Positions 27,495 to 37,539 of a DNA stretch of 64,000 bases are shown one piece after another. Where the stretch lies: positions 96,001 through 160,000 of the forward strand of contig CBDBHE010000002.1 of assembly GCA_965205605.1 (NCBI GenBank), given 5' to 3'. Origin of the DNA: Spirochaetota bacterium (lineage in GTDB: Bacteria; Spirochaetota; UBA12135; COTS27; CBDBHE01). The stretch's first letter is position 1, and the number at the start of each line of letters is the position of its first letter. The notes below the pieces were generated by a model, which saw only the letters and a program-made list of their open reading frames with translations, did no database searches and was not told the origin of the DNA. The translations under genes were made by a program, and so were the position numbers.

Positions 27495-28142
27495 ATGAAA
27501 TTTTTAATGATTAATCAATTATTATTAGTTAATTTAAAAATAAAAAAAATTACTTTACTTTTTTTTCTTACCTTTTTTTTACAATTGCTTGCTATCGAAA
27601 TTCGATTAAAATCACCAGAACGCGTTTATTTAAAAAAAAATCGGATTTGTGTTGATTTAGAAACCACTGATAATATTTTGTCGGATGAAATTATAGAGTA
27701 TTTGACTTACGGTATCCCTGTTTACTTTAATTATTTTATTTATTTTTATGAGAAAAAATCTTTTTTTGATAAAATTTTAGTAAAAGTAGTGATTAGAAAG
27801 AAAGTGGAATATGATATTTGGTCAAAAACTTATTTTATTCGATGTAAAAAAATTAAAGGATACCCTAAAAAAATAAAAAATATTCATGACTTACAACAGG
27901 AAGTCGTTGCCTTAAAAGGAGTTTCAGTTATTGATCAATCTGTTTTATCAAGAAAATCTAAATATTATTTTAAAACTAAAATGGGACTTATTATTAAGCG
28001 CTCTTTTTCTCCTTTCTATCAAATTTTTTTTAGTTTTTTTTCAGTTTTTAAATATAAAACTACTTTTTTTGATAGCATTCCTTATTCTTTTAATGAATTA
28101 AAAAATTTTTCAAAAAATAAAGTGAATTTAAACAAAAAATAA
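27495..28142 (+). CDS. DUF4390-like periplasmic protein
   Basis: Hydrophobic N-terminus; EIIEYLTYGIPVYFNY...VEYDIWSKTY pattern. Confidence 0.6.
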   Translation: MKFLMINQLLLVNLKIKKITLLFFLTFFLQLLAIEIRLKSPERVYLKKNRICVDLETTDNILSDEIIEYLTYGIPVYFNYFIYFYEKKSFFDKILVKVVIRKKVEYDIWSKTYFIRCKKIKGYPKKIKNIHDLQQEVVALKGVSVIDQSVLSRKSKYYFKTKMGLIIKRSFSPFYQIFFSFFSVFKYKTTFFDSIPYSFNELKNFSKNKVNLNKK

Positions 28143-28152
28143 AATTTTATTT

Positions 28153-29184
28153 TTAAACATCTCTTACACAACGAAAACTTAAGTTACAACTAGAAGAATT
28201 AGGTGTATTTGAGGCTCTCGCACCAACACGGTAGCGATAACAATAAGATGCATGGCAAAGATACGATCCTCCTTTAATGACCTTTAAATTATTTTTTTTA
28301 ATTCCTAAAGGGTTTTTTGAAGAAGAGTTTGTGTGATAATTTCGGTCCCACCAATCATAGCACCATTCCCAAACATTTCCTGCTATATTATAAAGCCCAA
28401 AACCATTAGGTTCATAACTATCGACTGGAGCGGTTACTAAAAAGCCATCTTCTTTTTTGTTTTTTAAGGGAAACTGACCTTCCCAAATATTACACATCAG
28501 TTGGTTGTTTTTTTTAAATTGATTTCCCCAAGCATAACGTTTTTGTTCCAGGTTTCCTCTGGCAGCACACTCCCATTCGGCTTCTGTAGGCAGGCGTTTT
28601 TTAGCCCACTTACAGTATCTCAGAGCATCATTATAAGAAATATGGACTACAGGATGATTCATTCTAGTTTTTATAGTGGATTTAGGGCCTTCAGGATGGT
28701 CCCAACAAGCTCTATTAACTTTAATCCACCATTCTTGTCCAGAGACAATATTTGAATTGTTATAAGCTTCTTTCATTTGTTTTTTTGATAAAAGCATCCA
28801 GAAAACAAACGAAGACCCCAATCTTTCTGCTTCTGTTAGATAATGAGTGGCTTTAACAAATTCACTAAATTTTTCATTACTAACAACATATTTGTCAATA
28901 TAAAAGGGATTTACATATACTTTTCTAGCAGGGCCTTCCCCGTCGCTTGGGTGAGTGTATTTTTCGTTACTACCCATATAAAAAGTAGTATCTTTAATGA
29001 AGACCATTTCTTTGGTGCAACCTTTATTGATACGATGCAGTTTTTCTTTGTTGCCAATAAAATTTAATTGAGCACAGGAAGAAAAAGATAAAGCAATTGT
29101 AGAATAGCCTAAAGAAGTTAAAAATTTTCTTCTATTAATATTATTAGTGTTAAAGAGAGGATTTTTTTTAGGAGGAAAAGGCAT
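28153..29184 (-). CDS. formylglycine-generating enzyme (SUMF1/FGE) with Tat/lipoprotein-type signal
   Basis: FYMGS, DGEGP, HPVVHISYNDA, RLPTEAEWE, GNVWEW, catalytic GGSYLCHASYCYRYR; N-terminal NRRKFL ... FSSC. Confidence 0.93.
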   Translation of the reverse strand: MPFPPKKNPLFNTNNINRRKFLTSLGYSTIALSFSSCAQLNFIGNKEKLHRINKGCTKEMVFIKDTTFYMGSNEKYTHPSDGEGPARKVYVNPFYIDKYVVSNEKFSEFVKATHYLTEAERLGSSFVFWMLLSKKQMKEAYNNSNIVSGQEWWIKVNRACWDHPEGPKSTIKTRMNHPVVHISYNDALRYCKWAKKRLPTEAEWECAARGNLEQKRYAWGNQFKKNNQLMCNIWEGQFPLKNKKEDGFLVTAPVDSYEPNGFGLYNIAGNVWEWCYDWWDRNYHTNSSSKNPLGIKKNNLKVIKGGSYLCHASYCYRYRVGARASNTPNSSSCNLSFRCVRDV

Positions 29185-29264
29185 TTTAAAGGTATTTTAG
29201 TATAAAAAAGCACTTAAAACTTTAAAAGATAGCCATCTTTTAAAAAATAATAAAAATGATAACT

Positions 29265-31568
29265 TCAATTATTCCTTAATTCTTTAGCAGCACTAACCAT
29301 ATTATTTAAAGCTTCTTTTACCTCAAGCCACTGCCTTGTTTTAAGACCACAATCAGGGTTGACCCAAATGTTTTCGGCAGGAAGTACGTCAGTTGCCTTT
29401 TTTAATAAAGTGGTCATTTCTTTTAAAGAAGGGACTCGAGAAGAATGCACATCATAAACTCCAGGGCCGATTTCATTTGGGTATTTAAAATTTGCAAAAA
29501 CTTTTAAAAGCTCCATTTGAGATCTAGAAGTTTCAATAGAAATCACATCAGCATCTAAATCAGCAATCGCTTGAATAATGTCATTAAACTCTGCATAGCA
29601 CATATGGGTGTGAATTTGTGTGGTGTCTTTTACATTGGTATAGCTTAATTTGAAAGCTTTCACAGACCATTTTAAGTAACTTTCCCAGTCTTCTTTCCTA
29701 AGAGGTAGGCCTTCTCTTAAAGCAGGTTCGTCAATTTGAATAATCGTAATCCCTTCTTTTTCTAAATCAAGGACTTCATCTTTTAAAGCCAGAGCAATTT
29801 GTTTAGCTGTTTTTTCTCTTGCTTGATCATCTCGTACAAAGCTCCATTGAAGCATTGTAATGGGTCCCGTTAACATGCCTTTAATAGGGCTTTTAGTTAA
29901 AGATTGTGCAAAAGTAGACCACTTTACGGTCATTGATTTGGTTCTTGAAACATCTCCGTATAAAACAGGGGGTTTGACACATCGACTACCATAGCTTTGC
30001 ACCCATCCATTTTCTGTAAAAGTATATCCTTTGAGTTGTTCTCCAAAGTATTCAACCATATCGTTTCTCTCTGCTTCTCCATGAACAAGTACATCAAGCC
30101 CAATATTCTCTTGTTCTTTGATAACATTTTTGATTTCTTGTTGCATAAATGATTCATATGCTTCTTTAGAAACTTCATTTTTTTTAAATTGTCTTCTTAT
30201 TTTTCTAATTTCTTTTGTTTGAGGAAAAGACCCAATGGTGGTGGTTGGGAAAAGGGGAAGGTTGTATTTTTCTTTTTGACTTTTTTGTCTTTTAATAAAA
30301 TTAGAAATTCTACCTGTTTGGTTTGCTTCATCAGAATGGAGTCTTTTTTGAACCTCTTTATTATGAATAAGATAGCTTTTTTTTCTAGATAAATTATTTT
30401 TTTTATTTTCTTCTAAATCTTCTTTAAAAGAGTTTTCTTCTTTCGCCAAAGAAGAAAGGCAGATGACTTCTTTTAATTTTTCTTCTGAAAAAGAAAGCCA
30501 ATTTTTAATCTCTTTATTAATTTTATTTTCGTGTCTAAGGGTCACAGGAGAGTGCAATAAAGAGCAAGAAGGAGCTATCATTAATTGTTCTTTTGGAATG
30601 ATGCTTGCTATTTTATTAATGATGTTTAAAGAGCTTACAAAGTTATTTTTCCAAATATTTCTCCCATCAACTACTCCAATTGACAGTTTTTTATCTTTTG
30701 GAAAGTGACGGCTAATGGTTTCCAATTCTCCTAATCCACGTACTAAATCAACATGAAAAGCGTTAACAGGTAAGGAAAAAAATGCTTCTTTATTATTTTT
30801 TAAAGGACCAAAATAATTGGCTATTAATAAGTTTGTTTGGTTTACAGCTTGATTAAATTTTCCGTAAGTTTTTAAAAATAAGTTTTTTATTTTTTCATTT
30901 AAATTAAGAGAAAAAATTGGTTCGTCAAATTGAATCCATTCACAGTCTAGGTTTTCTAATTTTTTAATGATTTCTAGGTACGTTTGTGTTAGTTGGTCTA
31001 AAAGCTCAAATGAATCAAAAGAAGTGTCGTTATTTTCATTTTTACCTAAAAACAAATAAGTTAAAGGACCAATTAAAACTACTTTACTAGAAATACTTTG
31101 ATTTTTAGCTTCTTTAAATTCGTCAAAAACTTTATCAGAGGCTATTTTAAATTTTCTTTTTTGATTAAATTCGGGAAGAATATAGTGATAATTTGTATCA
31201 AACCATTTACTCATTTCAGAAGCAAAGGTTGCCTTTTTTTCTTCACCTTTTTTTGAAAACCCTCTGGCAATGGTAAACGATAAATCTAAATTAGTTTGAT
31301 TTTTATCCCAAGAAAAACGAGAAGGAATATTTCCAAGAAGACAAGTCATATCAAGTACTTGATCATAAAAACTAAAATCATTAGAAGGAATAAGGCTTAT
31401 TCCAATATTTTTTTGAAATGCCCAGTTTTTATTTCTAATTTCTTTACCTACTTGTTGTACTTGATCAATCGTTGTCTCTCCTTTCCAGTAGGATTCGACT
31501 ATTTTTTTGATTTCTCTTTTTTCTCCTATTCTAGGGTAACCCAAGTTATGAGTAATAAATGACGCCAT
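29265..31568 (-). CDS. metE: cobalamin-independent methionine synthase
   Basis: LGYPRIG, KWFDTNYHY, DGRNIW, PTTTIGSFPQT, HGEAERNDMVEYF, HTHMCY, WVNPDCGLKTR. Confidence 0.98.
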   Translation of the reverse strand: MASFITHNLGYPRIGEKREIKKIVESYWKGETTIDQVQQVGKEIRNKNWAFQKNIGISLIPSNDFSFYDQVLDMTCLLGNIPSRFSWDKNQTNLDLSFTIARGFSKKGEEKKATFASEMSKWFDTNYHYILPEFNQKRKFKIASDKVFDEFKEAKNQSISSKVVLIGPLTYLFLGKNENNDTSFDSFELLDQLTQTYLEIIKKLENLDCEWIQFDEPIFSLNLNEKIKNLFLKTYGKFNQAVNQTNLLIANYFGPLKNNKEAFFSLPVNAFHVDLVRGLGELETISRHFPKDKKLSIGVVDGRNIWKNNFVSSLNIINKIASIIPKEQLMIAPSCSLLHSPVTLRHENKINKEIKNWLSFSEEKLKEVICLSSLAKEENSFKEDLEENKKNNLSRKKSYLIHNKEVQKRLHSDEANQTGRISNFIKRQKSQKEKYNLPLFPTTTIGSFPQTKEIRKIRRQFKKNEVSKEAYESFMQQEIKNVIKEQENIGLDVLVHGEAERNDMVEYFGEQLKGYTFTENGWVQSYGSRCVKPPVLYGDVSRTKSMTVKWSTFAQSLTKSPIKGMLTGPITMLQWSFVRDDQAREKTAKQIALALKDEVLDLEKEGITIIQIDEPALREGLPLRKEDWESYLKWSVKAFKLSYTNVKDTTQIHTHMCYAEFNDIIQAIADLDADVISIETSRSQMELLKVFANFKYPNEIGPGVYDVHSSRVPSLKEMTTLLKKATDVLPAENIWVNPDCGLKTRQWLEVKEALNNMVSAAKELRNN

Positions 31569-31665
31569 TTTTTTTTCCTTAAATTAATACATTATCATAT
31601 AATGATACAATAATATGATTTTTTTGCTTAAAAAAACTATTTATTTTTAGCAAGAATTTTTTGAG

Positions 31666-31692
31666 AAACAATCGTATTGCCGATTGTTTTTT
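31666..31692. terminator. terminator-like hairpin
   Basis: AAACAATCG-tattgc-CGATTGTTT; T-tract follows on the + strand, only a weak UUUCUC tail in the metE direction. Confidence 0.5.
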
Positions 31693-31764
31693 GTAAGCCG
31701 CAAGTCGTTGCTTTCCTCCAAATTTGAGGGAGGTTTCGAAACTGTCTTCCTTCAACGAATGCTT
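31666..31764 (-). ncRNA. candidate structured cis-regulatory RNA in the metE leader
   Basis: GC-enriched island with nested complementary segments: AAGC/GCTT, TCGTTG/CAACGA, CCTCC/GGAGG, GTTTCGAAAC, plus a 9-bp hairpin. Confidence 0.45.
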
Positions 31765-31926
31765 TGAATGTAGTTTAATACTCAGAATTAGTTATAATAG
31801 TAAAGCTAGTTTTATATGACTAATAAAATAAATAAGCTTCTTAAATTTTTTGATATTATTAAGGGCTATTCACAAAAAATCTATGAAAAAGGAAAAAAAT
31901 ACAAGAAAAGCTCTTCTCTTTAGAAG

Positions 31927-31958
31927 TTGACTTGGTAATTAAATGATATAATACCAAG
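31927..31958 (+). promoter_or_regulatory. extended -10 promoter of the sulfatase, flanked by an inverted repeat
   Basis: TGaTATAAT at 31944-31952; TTGACT at 31927-31932; CTTGGTA-N14-TACCAAG at 31931-31958. Confidence 0.5.
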
Positions 31959-31989
31959 AGGCTTAAAATATTTTTTAAATGAAGCAGCG

Positions 31990-33412
31990 GTGAAAGTATT
32001 TATTTTTTCTATTTTTTTTACTACTTATTTATTTCAAGCAGCGATGGCAAAGCATCATCGTGAAAAAAATAACAAACCTAATATTATTGTTATCATGGCA
32101 GATGACTTTAGTTATGAATATCTAAGTCTTTATCAAGACAAAGTTGCTCGCACCCCTAATCTAGATAAAATGGGAAGAAAAGGATTGCAATTCACTGAAT
32201 TTCATGTGGCTCCTTTATGCACCCCTACAAGAAACAGAATCATGACAGGAAAAAATAATTATAAGACTTATTTAGGGTTTGGTATGCTGGACCCCTAAAC
32301 AAAAAACTTTTGGCCATTATATGAAAAAACTAGGCTATAAAACATGCATCGCTGGAAAGTGGCAACTAGGTAGAAGTTTAAAAATGGTTAAGCAACTGGG
32401 TTTTGATTCTTATTTTTTGTGGCACTTACTTTATAAGGCCAGAGATCGTTATTTCAATTCAAAAGCCTTCTTTAAAAATGGTGTTGAGTTGGATCAAAGC
32501 AAAAATGTATTTACCCCTGATTTAATAGCTGACTATGTTATCAATTTTATTGAAACTAATAAAGATAAGCCCTTCTTTTGTTATTACCCTATGATGCTCC
32601 CCCATAATCCCTATATTGATGTCCCTGATGGCAAACAAGCTACCACAGAAAGTGAAAAAATTGTCGAAATGATTCAACACATTGACAAAGTTGTAGGACG
32701 TATTAATAAAAAGCTAAGGGATTTGAAAATCGATGAAAAAACAGTTGTTATGTTTTTAGGAGATAATGGGGGAGCTCGTTTTGTTCGTAAGGGAAAGGGA
32801 GCAATTAATTATTATGGGACTCACAGCCCTCTCCTTGTTTCTTGGCCAAAGACGATTAAGCCAAAAATACATTTTGATTTAATTGATGTTGCTGATATTT
32901 TACCCACCATTGTAGGTTTAGCAGGTGGTAAAATAAAAGACACCGAAATTGATGGCAAAAGTTTTTTAGGTCTTATTGATAAAAGTAAAAAATACACAAA
33001 AAGAGAGTATCTCTATATTGATTACTTTAAAAATCAACCTTTTAGGTTTCGATTAAAAGGAGAACTTGTTTATCCTGCTCAAATGATTTATGATGGCAAC
33101 TATTTTTTTGCAAAGTCTGATAAAGCCAATAAAGATAATAAACCTATTTATTATTTGCATAAAATTAAAAAAGGTTCTTTTAACAAGAGCGCTAATTTAG
33201 CCAATCAAAATAATAAAACCATAAAAAAAGTAATGACTAAATATAAAAAAATAATTGCTATAAAAGAAAAAGATATTCGCCATTATAATAAAAAATTAAT
33301 GAAGACAGATTTTCATTATTTACCAATGTCATCCCAAAATAATAGATTGATGAAAAAACTTATCAAATACCAACTAAAGACCAAAGCAAAGTTTCTAGTA
33401 CCCCTTCCTTAA
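31990..33412 (+). CDS. Cys-type (FGly) sulfatase, secreted; one extra C at 32292-32295
   Basis: Sec signal (AAMA/K), KPNIIVIMADD, RTPNLD, CTPTR motif, AGKWQLG, PH, GDNG; removing one C joins the two ORFs (LDPKQKTFGH). Confidence 0.9.
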
Positions 33413-34586
33413 TAGTTTCAAAAATTGTCTTGGTGATTTTAGAGAGTGGTTTTGGAAGAATAAAAGCAAGGATTTTTTTGAAAGGACCTTTTAAAAAAAG
33501 AAAGGTTGGGGAATGGCTTCGATATAGTTGATTCCCGAGTTGACAGGGAGAATTTTATTTGAGATAGAGAAAAGAGTTGGGGAAGTAGTTGGATGAATGA
33601 TTTGAGGAAAGATAGAGGTGGTTGAAGATTCAGCGGTGCTTCTAATTACGAATATAGTTATGAATGCCTGATTGTATTCTAGTTGCTTGATTACGTACTT
33701 TGTGACCGATTAAAATTTTTAAGTTAGTACTAAAAACAACAGAGAAATTTTCAAGTCTAAAAAATTCATTTGGATAATTCTCTGTGTTATCAGGGTTAGG
33801 ATTGATAAAAAGGCTTACTGAAGGTCCATTATGAATCATTTAAAATATAATGATTGGTGTTTGCTAGATGGATTTGAGAAGAAGGGTAACCTGTCCAATT
33901 TTAAGGAAAGTTAATGGAATGAAATCCGGGCGTTGTTCTTCCAAGATTAATATTTCTTTCTAAAGAATCTTGTGCTTGATTAATGTTAATAAGTTTCAGT
34001 GATCCATCAAAATAACCTCAAGTACTTTTATGGCTGCAAGGAGCAGAAATAGTAGGACTTAAAGTAGCATTTTCATAAAAATTAACTGAAAATGGATATT
34101 ATTCTCCAAGGTTTTCAGTGGTTTCTGTATCATTGACGATTCAAAGAGAGATTTTCACTTTGTTCTCGATTCCCTGCTATTTGAGTGCTTGCTTGAGGAG
34201 CAAAATCGGCAAAGTTTCGATAAATTTCAAATCCAAAAGGAGTTGCTTCTGAAACAGAATATTCATTAGTCAGCATAATTGTACGACCTACTCAAAAGCC
34301 ATTATAGTTGATAATTAGGACAGAAAATAGCGTTTGTATAAGGGCTTCCTTAGATTTCCAAACGACTGTTTCTCGTTTGTATTCTAGAAGAAAAATGAAG
34401 ATTGGTTTTCGTGGGTATCCCTTCTTTAGAATAAAACCAATCTTCCCATTCACTTTTTAAACTATTAAAGCTATTGGAATAAAAAAAAGAAATAGAGAAC
34501 AGTAAATGAGTAGGAATGCTGATTAGTAATAGTAGAAATAAAGATTTTAGAGAACAACCTAATTTGAAGAAAAATAAAAATTTCAT
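33413..34586 (-). pseudogene. decayed gene for a probable secreted protein
   Basis: Signal-peptide-like ORF 34350-34586 and ORF 33642-33839 on the same strand, linked by protein-like stretches (e.g. SEATPFGFEIYRNFADF, LKLDRLPFFSNP) broken by many stops and frame changes. Confidence 0.5.
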
Positions 34587-34668
34587 CTCTTTTCAATGTT
34601 AATAAAAAAAGATGGAATTGTTTTTTTTAAGTTTTATAAATTTTTTTTTAAAAAAACAAAAATAATGT

Positions 34669-34694
34669 TAAAGGTTTCAAAAAAAAATCGATAA
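34669..34694 (+). promoter_or_regulatory. possible sigma28-type promoter upstream of fliF
   Basis: TAAAGGTT-N10-ATCGATAA; spacing is one base short of canonical and spans an A-run. Confidence 0.3.
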
Positions 34695-34750
34695 TTTAAA
34701 AGACTATTAGTATAAATTATTTATTGAAATAGTTTTTTTATGGGGGGTAA

Positions 34751-36460
34751 ATGAATCGATTATTAAAATATTTTAGAAAATTTCAAAATTCTTTTAAAAA
34801 AATATCTAATACTCAAAAAATAATTGTTATAGGAACTATTTTTGTTGTTGCTATTGCTTTAGTCATTACACTTAAAACATCTGGAAAACCAGTAGTTTCT
34901 TATCTTTTCAAAAGAGCCTTAACGTCAGAAGAGCTTGGAATCATTACCGCTGAGCTTGAACGAATGAATTATTGGTATGATACCAAAGGTGACAAATTTA
35001 TCTTAGTCAAAGATGAAGAAATAGGTAGAAAAATTAGAATTAAACTGGCTCAAGAAAACAAACTCCCTACAGGTATTAAAGGTTGGGAAATTTTTGATAT
35101 GAAAAGTTGGACGACAACGGAGTTTGATCGAAATGTCAAGCTTCATCGAGCTATCGAAGGAGAAATGAGAAGGCATTTAGAAGCTTTAGAATGGATTGAA
35201 ATGGCGAAAGTTTCTATTTCTTATCCCAACAAACCTACTTTATATACCGATAGAGAAAAAGCAGTTGGTGCAGCGGTTTCGATTTTACCTGCTGAAGGAT
35301 TTCATTCTTCTTTAAAGAAAAAAAATTATATTAAAGGGATTGAAAATATTATTGTTAAAACAATTGATGGCATTAGTCGAGAGAATATTACAATTACAGA
35401 TCCGAATGGAGAACAAATCAATAATTTTTCTGATGAGGATTACGAACACACTATTAAAAGAGCTATTGAAGAAGAAAAAATTATTAGTAAAAAAAGAAAA
35501 CAAATTGAAGAAAAAGTGAAGCAACATTTATCGGGAATTCTTTCAGAAGATCGGTACAAAGTGTCTGTTGATATAGAGCTTAATTTTGATAGAAAGAGTT
35601 ATGATCAAAAAGAAATTTTACCGATTGTTGTTAAAAGTCGGACTCCAGGTTTGCCTTATGATGATAGTGTGATAAAAGAAAATATTAAAGTTAGTAGTAA
35701 AAAAAGTGAAGAAAATTTTAAAGGACAGGGTTTTATTCCAGAAGGTCCTCCGGGACAAGAGCCTAATATTCCTCCTGGTTATAAAGAAAATGTTGATAAA
35801 TGGAATGTTTATAACAAAAATGAAAATATCGAAAATTTTTTAAATGGAGAAAAAAACACCAAGCACAAAAATGATGCTTATGATATTGTAAGAAAATCAG
35901 TTGCGGTGACCGTTGATGGGACTTGGAAAAAAGAAATTGATGAAAAAGGAAAGTTTATTTTTGAAAATGATCATTTTAAAAGATTGTATACTCCTTATCC
36001 AGAAAATGATCTTAAGAAATTAATCAATCTTGTACAAGCGGCGATTAATTACAACACCAAAAGAGGGGATGCTGTTGTAGTGAGAACTGTTTCTTTTGAT
36101 CGTACAAAACAATTTATTTTAGAAGATAAAAATTATATTAAAGCTAAAAATTTAAGAAGAACCATTATTTTTGGATTTATTGTTTTAATTTTGCTTTTTA
36201 TTGGGTCCATTTTTTACCGATTTATTATGAATGAGCTTGCTGAAAGAAGACGTATTAAAGAAAGAGAAGCTGCTAGATTAAGGCAACTACAAAGAGAAGA
36301 AGCTCTTAGATCTTTAGAAAATCAAGCAACTGGACAAGAATATCAGTTATCTGAAGAAGATAGACAGCGGGTAGAACTTCAAGATAGAGTTGAAAAAATT
36401 GCTTCAGAACGTCCTGAAGATGTTGCTAAAGTCATTAAGACTTGGTTAGTTGGAGATTAA
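34751..36460 (+). CDS. fliF: flagellar MS-ring protein FliF
   Basis: Two TM segments; GWEIFDMKSWTTTEFDRNV..RAIEGE; spirochete-style PEGPPGQE and VDGTW; PEDVAKVIKTWL C-terminus. Confidence 0.96.
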   Translation: MNRLLKYFRKFQNSFKKISNTQKIIVIGTIFVVAIALVITLKTSGKPVVSYLFKRALTSEELGIITAELERMNYWYDTKGDKFILVKDEEIGRKIRIKLAQENKLPTGIKGWEIFDMKSWTTTEFDRNVKLHRAIEGEMRRHLEALEWIEMAKVSISYPNKPTLYTDREKAVGAAVSILPAEGFHSSLKKKNYIKGIENIIVKTIDGISRENITITDPNGEQINNFSDEDYEHTIKRAIEEEKIISKKRKQIEEKVKQHLSGILSEDRYKVSVDIELNFDRKSYDQKEILPIVVKSRTPGLPYDDSVIKENIKVSSKKSEENFKGQGFIPEGPPGQEPNIPPGYKENVDKWNVYNKNENIENFLNGEKNTKHKNDAYDIVRKSVAVTVDGTWKKEIDEKGKFIFENDHFKRLYTPYPENDLKKLINLVQAAINYNTKRGDAVVVRTVSFDRTKQFILEDKNYIKAKNLRRTIIFGFIVLILLFIGSIFYRFIMNELAERRRIKEREAARLRQLQREEALRSLENQATGQEYQLSEEDRQRVELQDRVEKIASERPEDVAKVIKTWLVGD

Positions 36461-36499
36461 TTGTTAAAAAAGTTACAATTAAAGAAAAGGATTTAGAAA

Positions 36500-37519
36500 A
36501 TGTCAACAAAAAAGGAAGTTAAAAAACTTACGGGGCGTCAAAAAGCGGCTATTTTTATTATTTGTTTGGGTTCTGATAGAGCGTCTGATGTGATGAAACA
36601 TTTAAAAGATGAAGAGGTAGAATCACTTACTTTTGAAATCTCTCGCTTAAATAACGTACAACCAGATCAAAAGGATCAAATTTTAAAAGAATTTCACGAA
36701 CTTATTGTTGCACAAGATTTTATTTTAAATGGGGGCATTGATTATGCTCGAGAAGTTTTAGAGCGCTCTTTAGGGTCTCAAAAAGCAATGGACATTGTTA
36801 ATCGTATGACTTCTTCGCTTCAAGTGCGGCCTTTTGATCTTATTAGAAGAACAGATCCTCAACATTTAGTCAATTTCATCCAATCTGAGCATCCTCAAAC
36901 AATCGCTTTAGTCCTTTCTTACTTAGACCCTAAAAAAGCTTCTGAAATTTTGGCCCAATTAAATGTTGATATTCAAGCTGATGTTGCCAAAAGAATTGCA
37001 AAAATGGATAGAACGACACCAGAAGTTTTACGAGAAGTGGAAAGGGTTTTAGAAAGAAAATTATCAACTCTTTCTTCAGAAGATTTTAGTTCTGCTGGGG
37101 GAATTGATGCTACAGTAGAAATTTTAAATATGGCAGATCGATCTACAGAAAAAACAATTATAGAATCTTTAGAAGAAGAAGACCCTGAACTAGCTGAAGA
37201 AATTAAAAAACGAATGTTTGTTTTTGAAGATATTGTTTTACTTGATGATAAGTCAATTCAAAAAGTATTGAGGGAAGTTGACTCTTCAGATGTGCCTAAA
37301 GCTCTTAAAGCCGTTGATGATGAAGTGAAGGATAAGCTCTTTAGAAATATGAGTAAAAGAGGAGCTCAACTTTTAAAAGAAGATATGGAGTTTATGGGTC
37401 CTATTCGTCTTCACGATGTTGAAGAAGCTCAGCAAAGAATTGTAGCAACTATTAGAAAATTAGAGGATGATGGAGAGGTGATTATTGCAAGAGCTGGTGA
37501 AGAGGAGATGATTGTTTAA
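36500..37519 (+). CDS. fliG: flagellar motor switch protein FliG
   Basis: LTGRQKAAI, GGIDYAREVL, EHPQTIALVLSYL, MFVFEDI, NMSKRGA, MGPIRL.DVEEAQ. Confidence 0.98.
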   Translation: MSTKKEVKKLTGRQKAAIFIICLGSDRASDVMKHLKDEEVESLTFEISRLNNVQPDQKDQILKEFHELIVAQDFILNGGIDYAREVLERSLGSQKAMDIVNRMTSSLQVRPFDLIRRTDPQHLVNFIQSEHPQTIALVLSYLDPKKASEILAQLNVDIQADVAKRIAKMDRTTPEVLREVERVLERKLSTLSSEDFSSAGGIDATVEILNMADRSTEKTIIESLEEEDPELAEEIKKRMFVFEDIVLLDDKSIQKVLREVDSSDVPKALKAVDDEVKDKLFRNMSKRGAQLLKEDMEFMGPIRLHDVEEAQQRIVATIRKLEDDGEVIIARAGEEEMIV

Positions 37520-37539
37520 CAGGGAGATAACTTTACAAA

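Noticed and set aside
31590-31620. CATTATCATATAATGAT, a Fur-box-like inverted repeat just upstream of metE
   Set aside because: Almost all A/T and expected by chance at this composition
31700-31760. Hammerhead ribozyme or tRNA reading of the multi-stem element
   Set aside because: No CUGAnGA core at the junction, and no cloverleaf with proper D and T arms or acceptor stem
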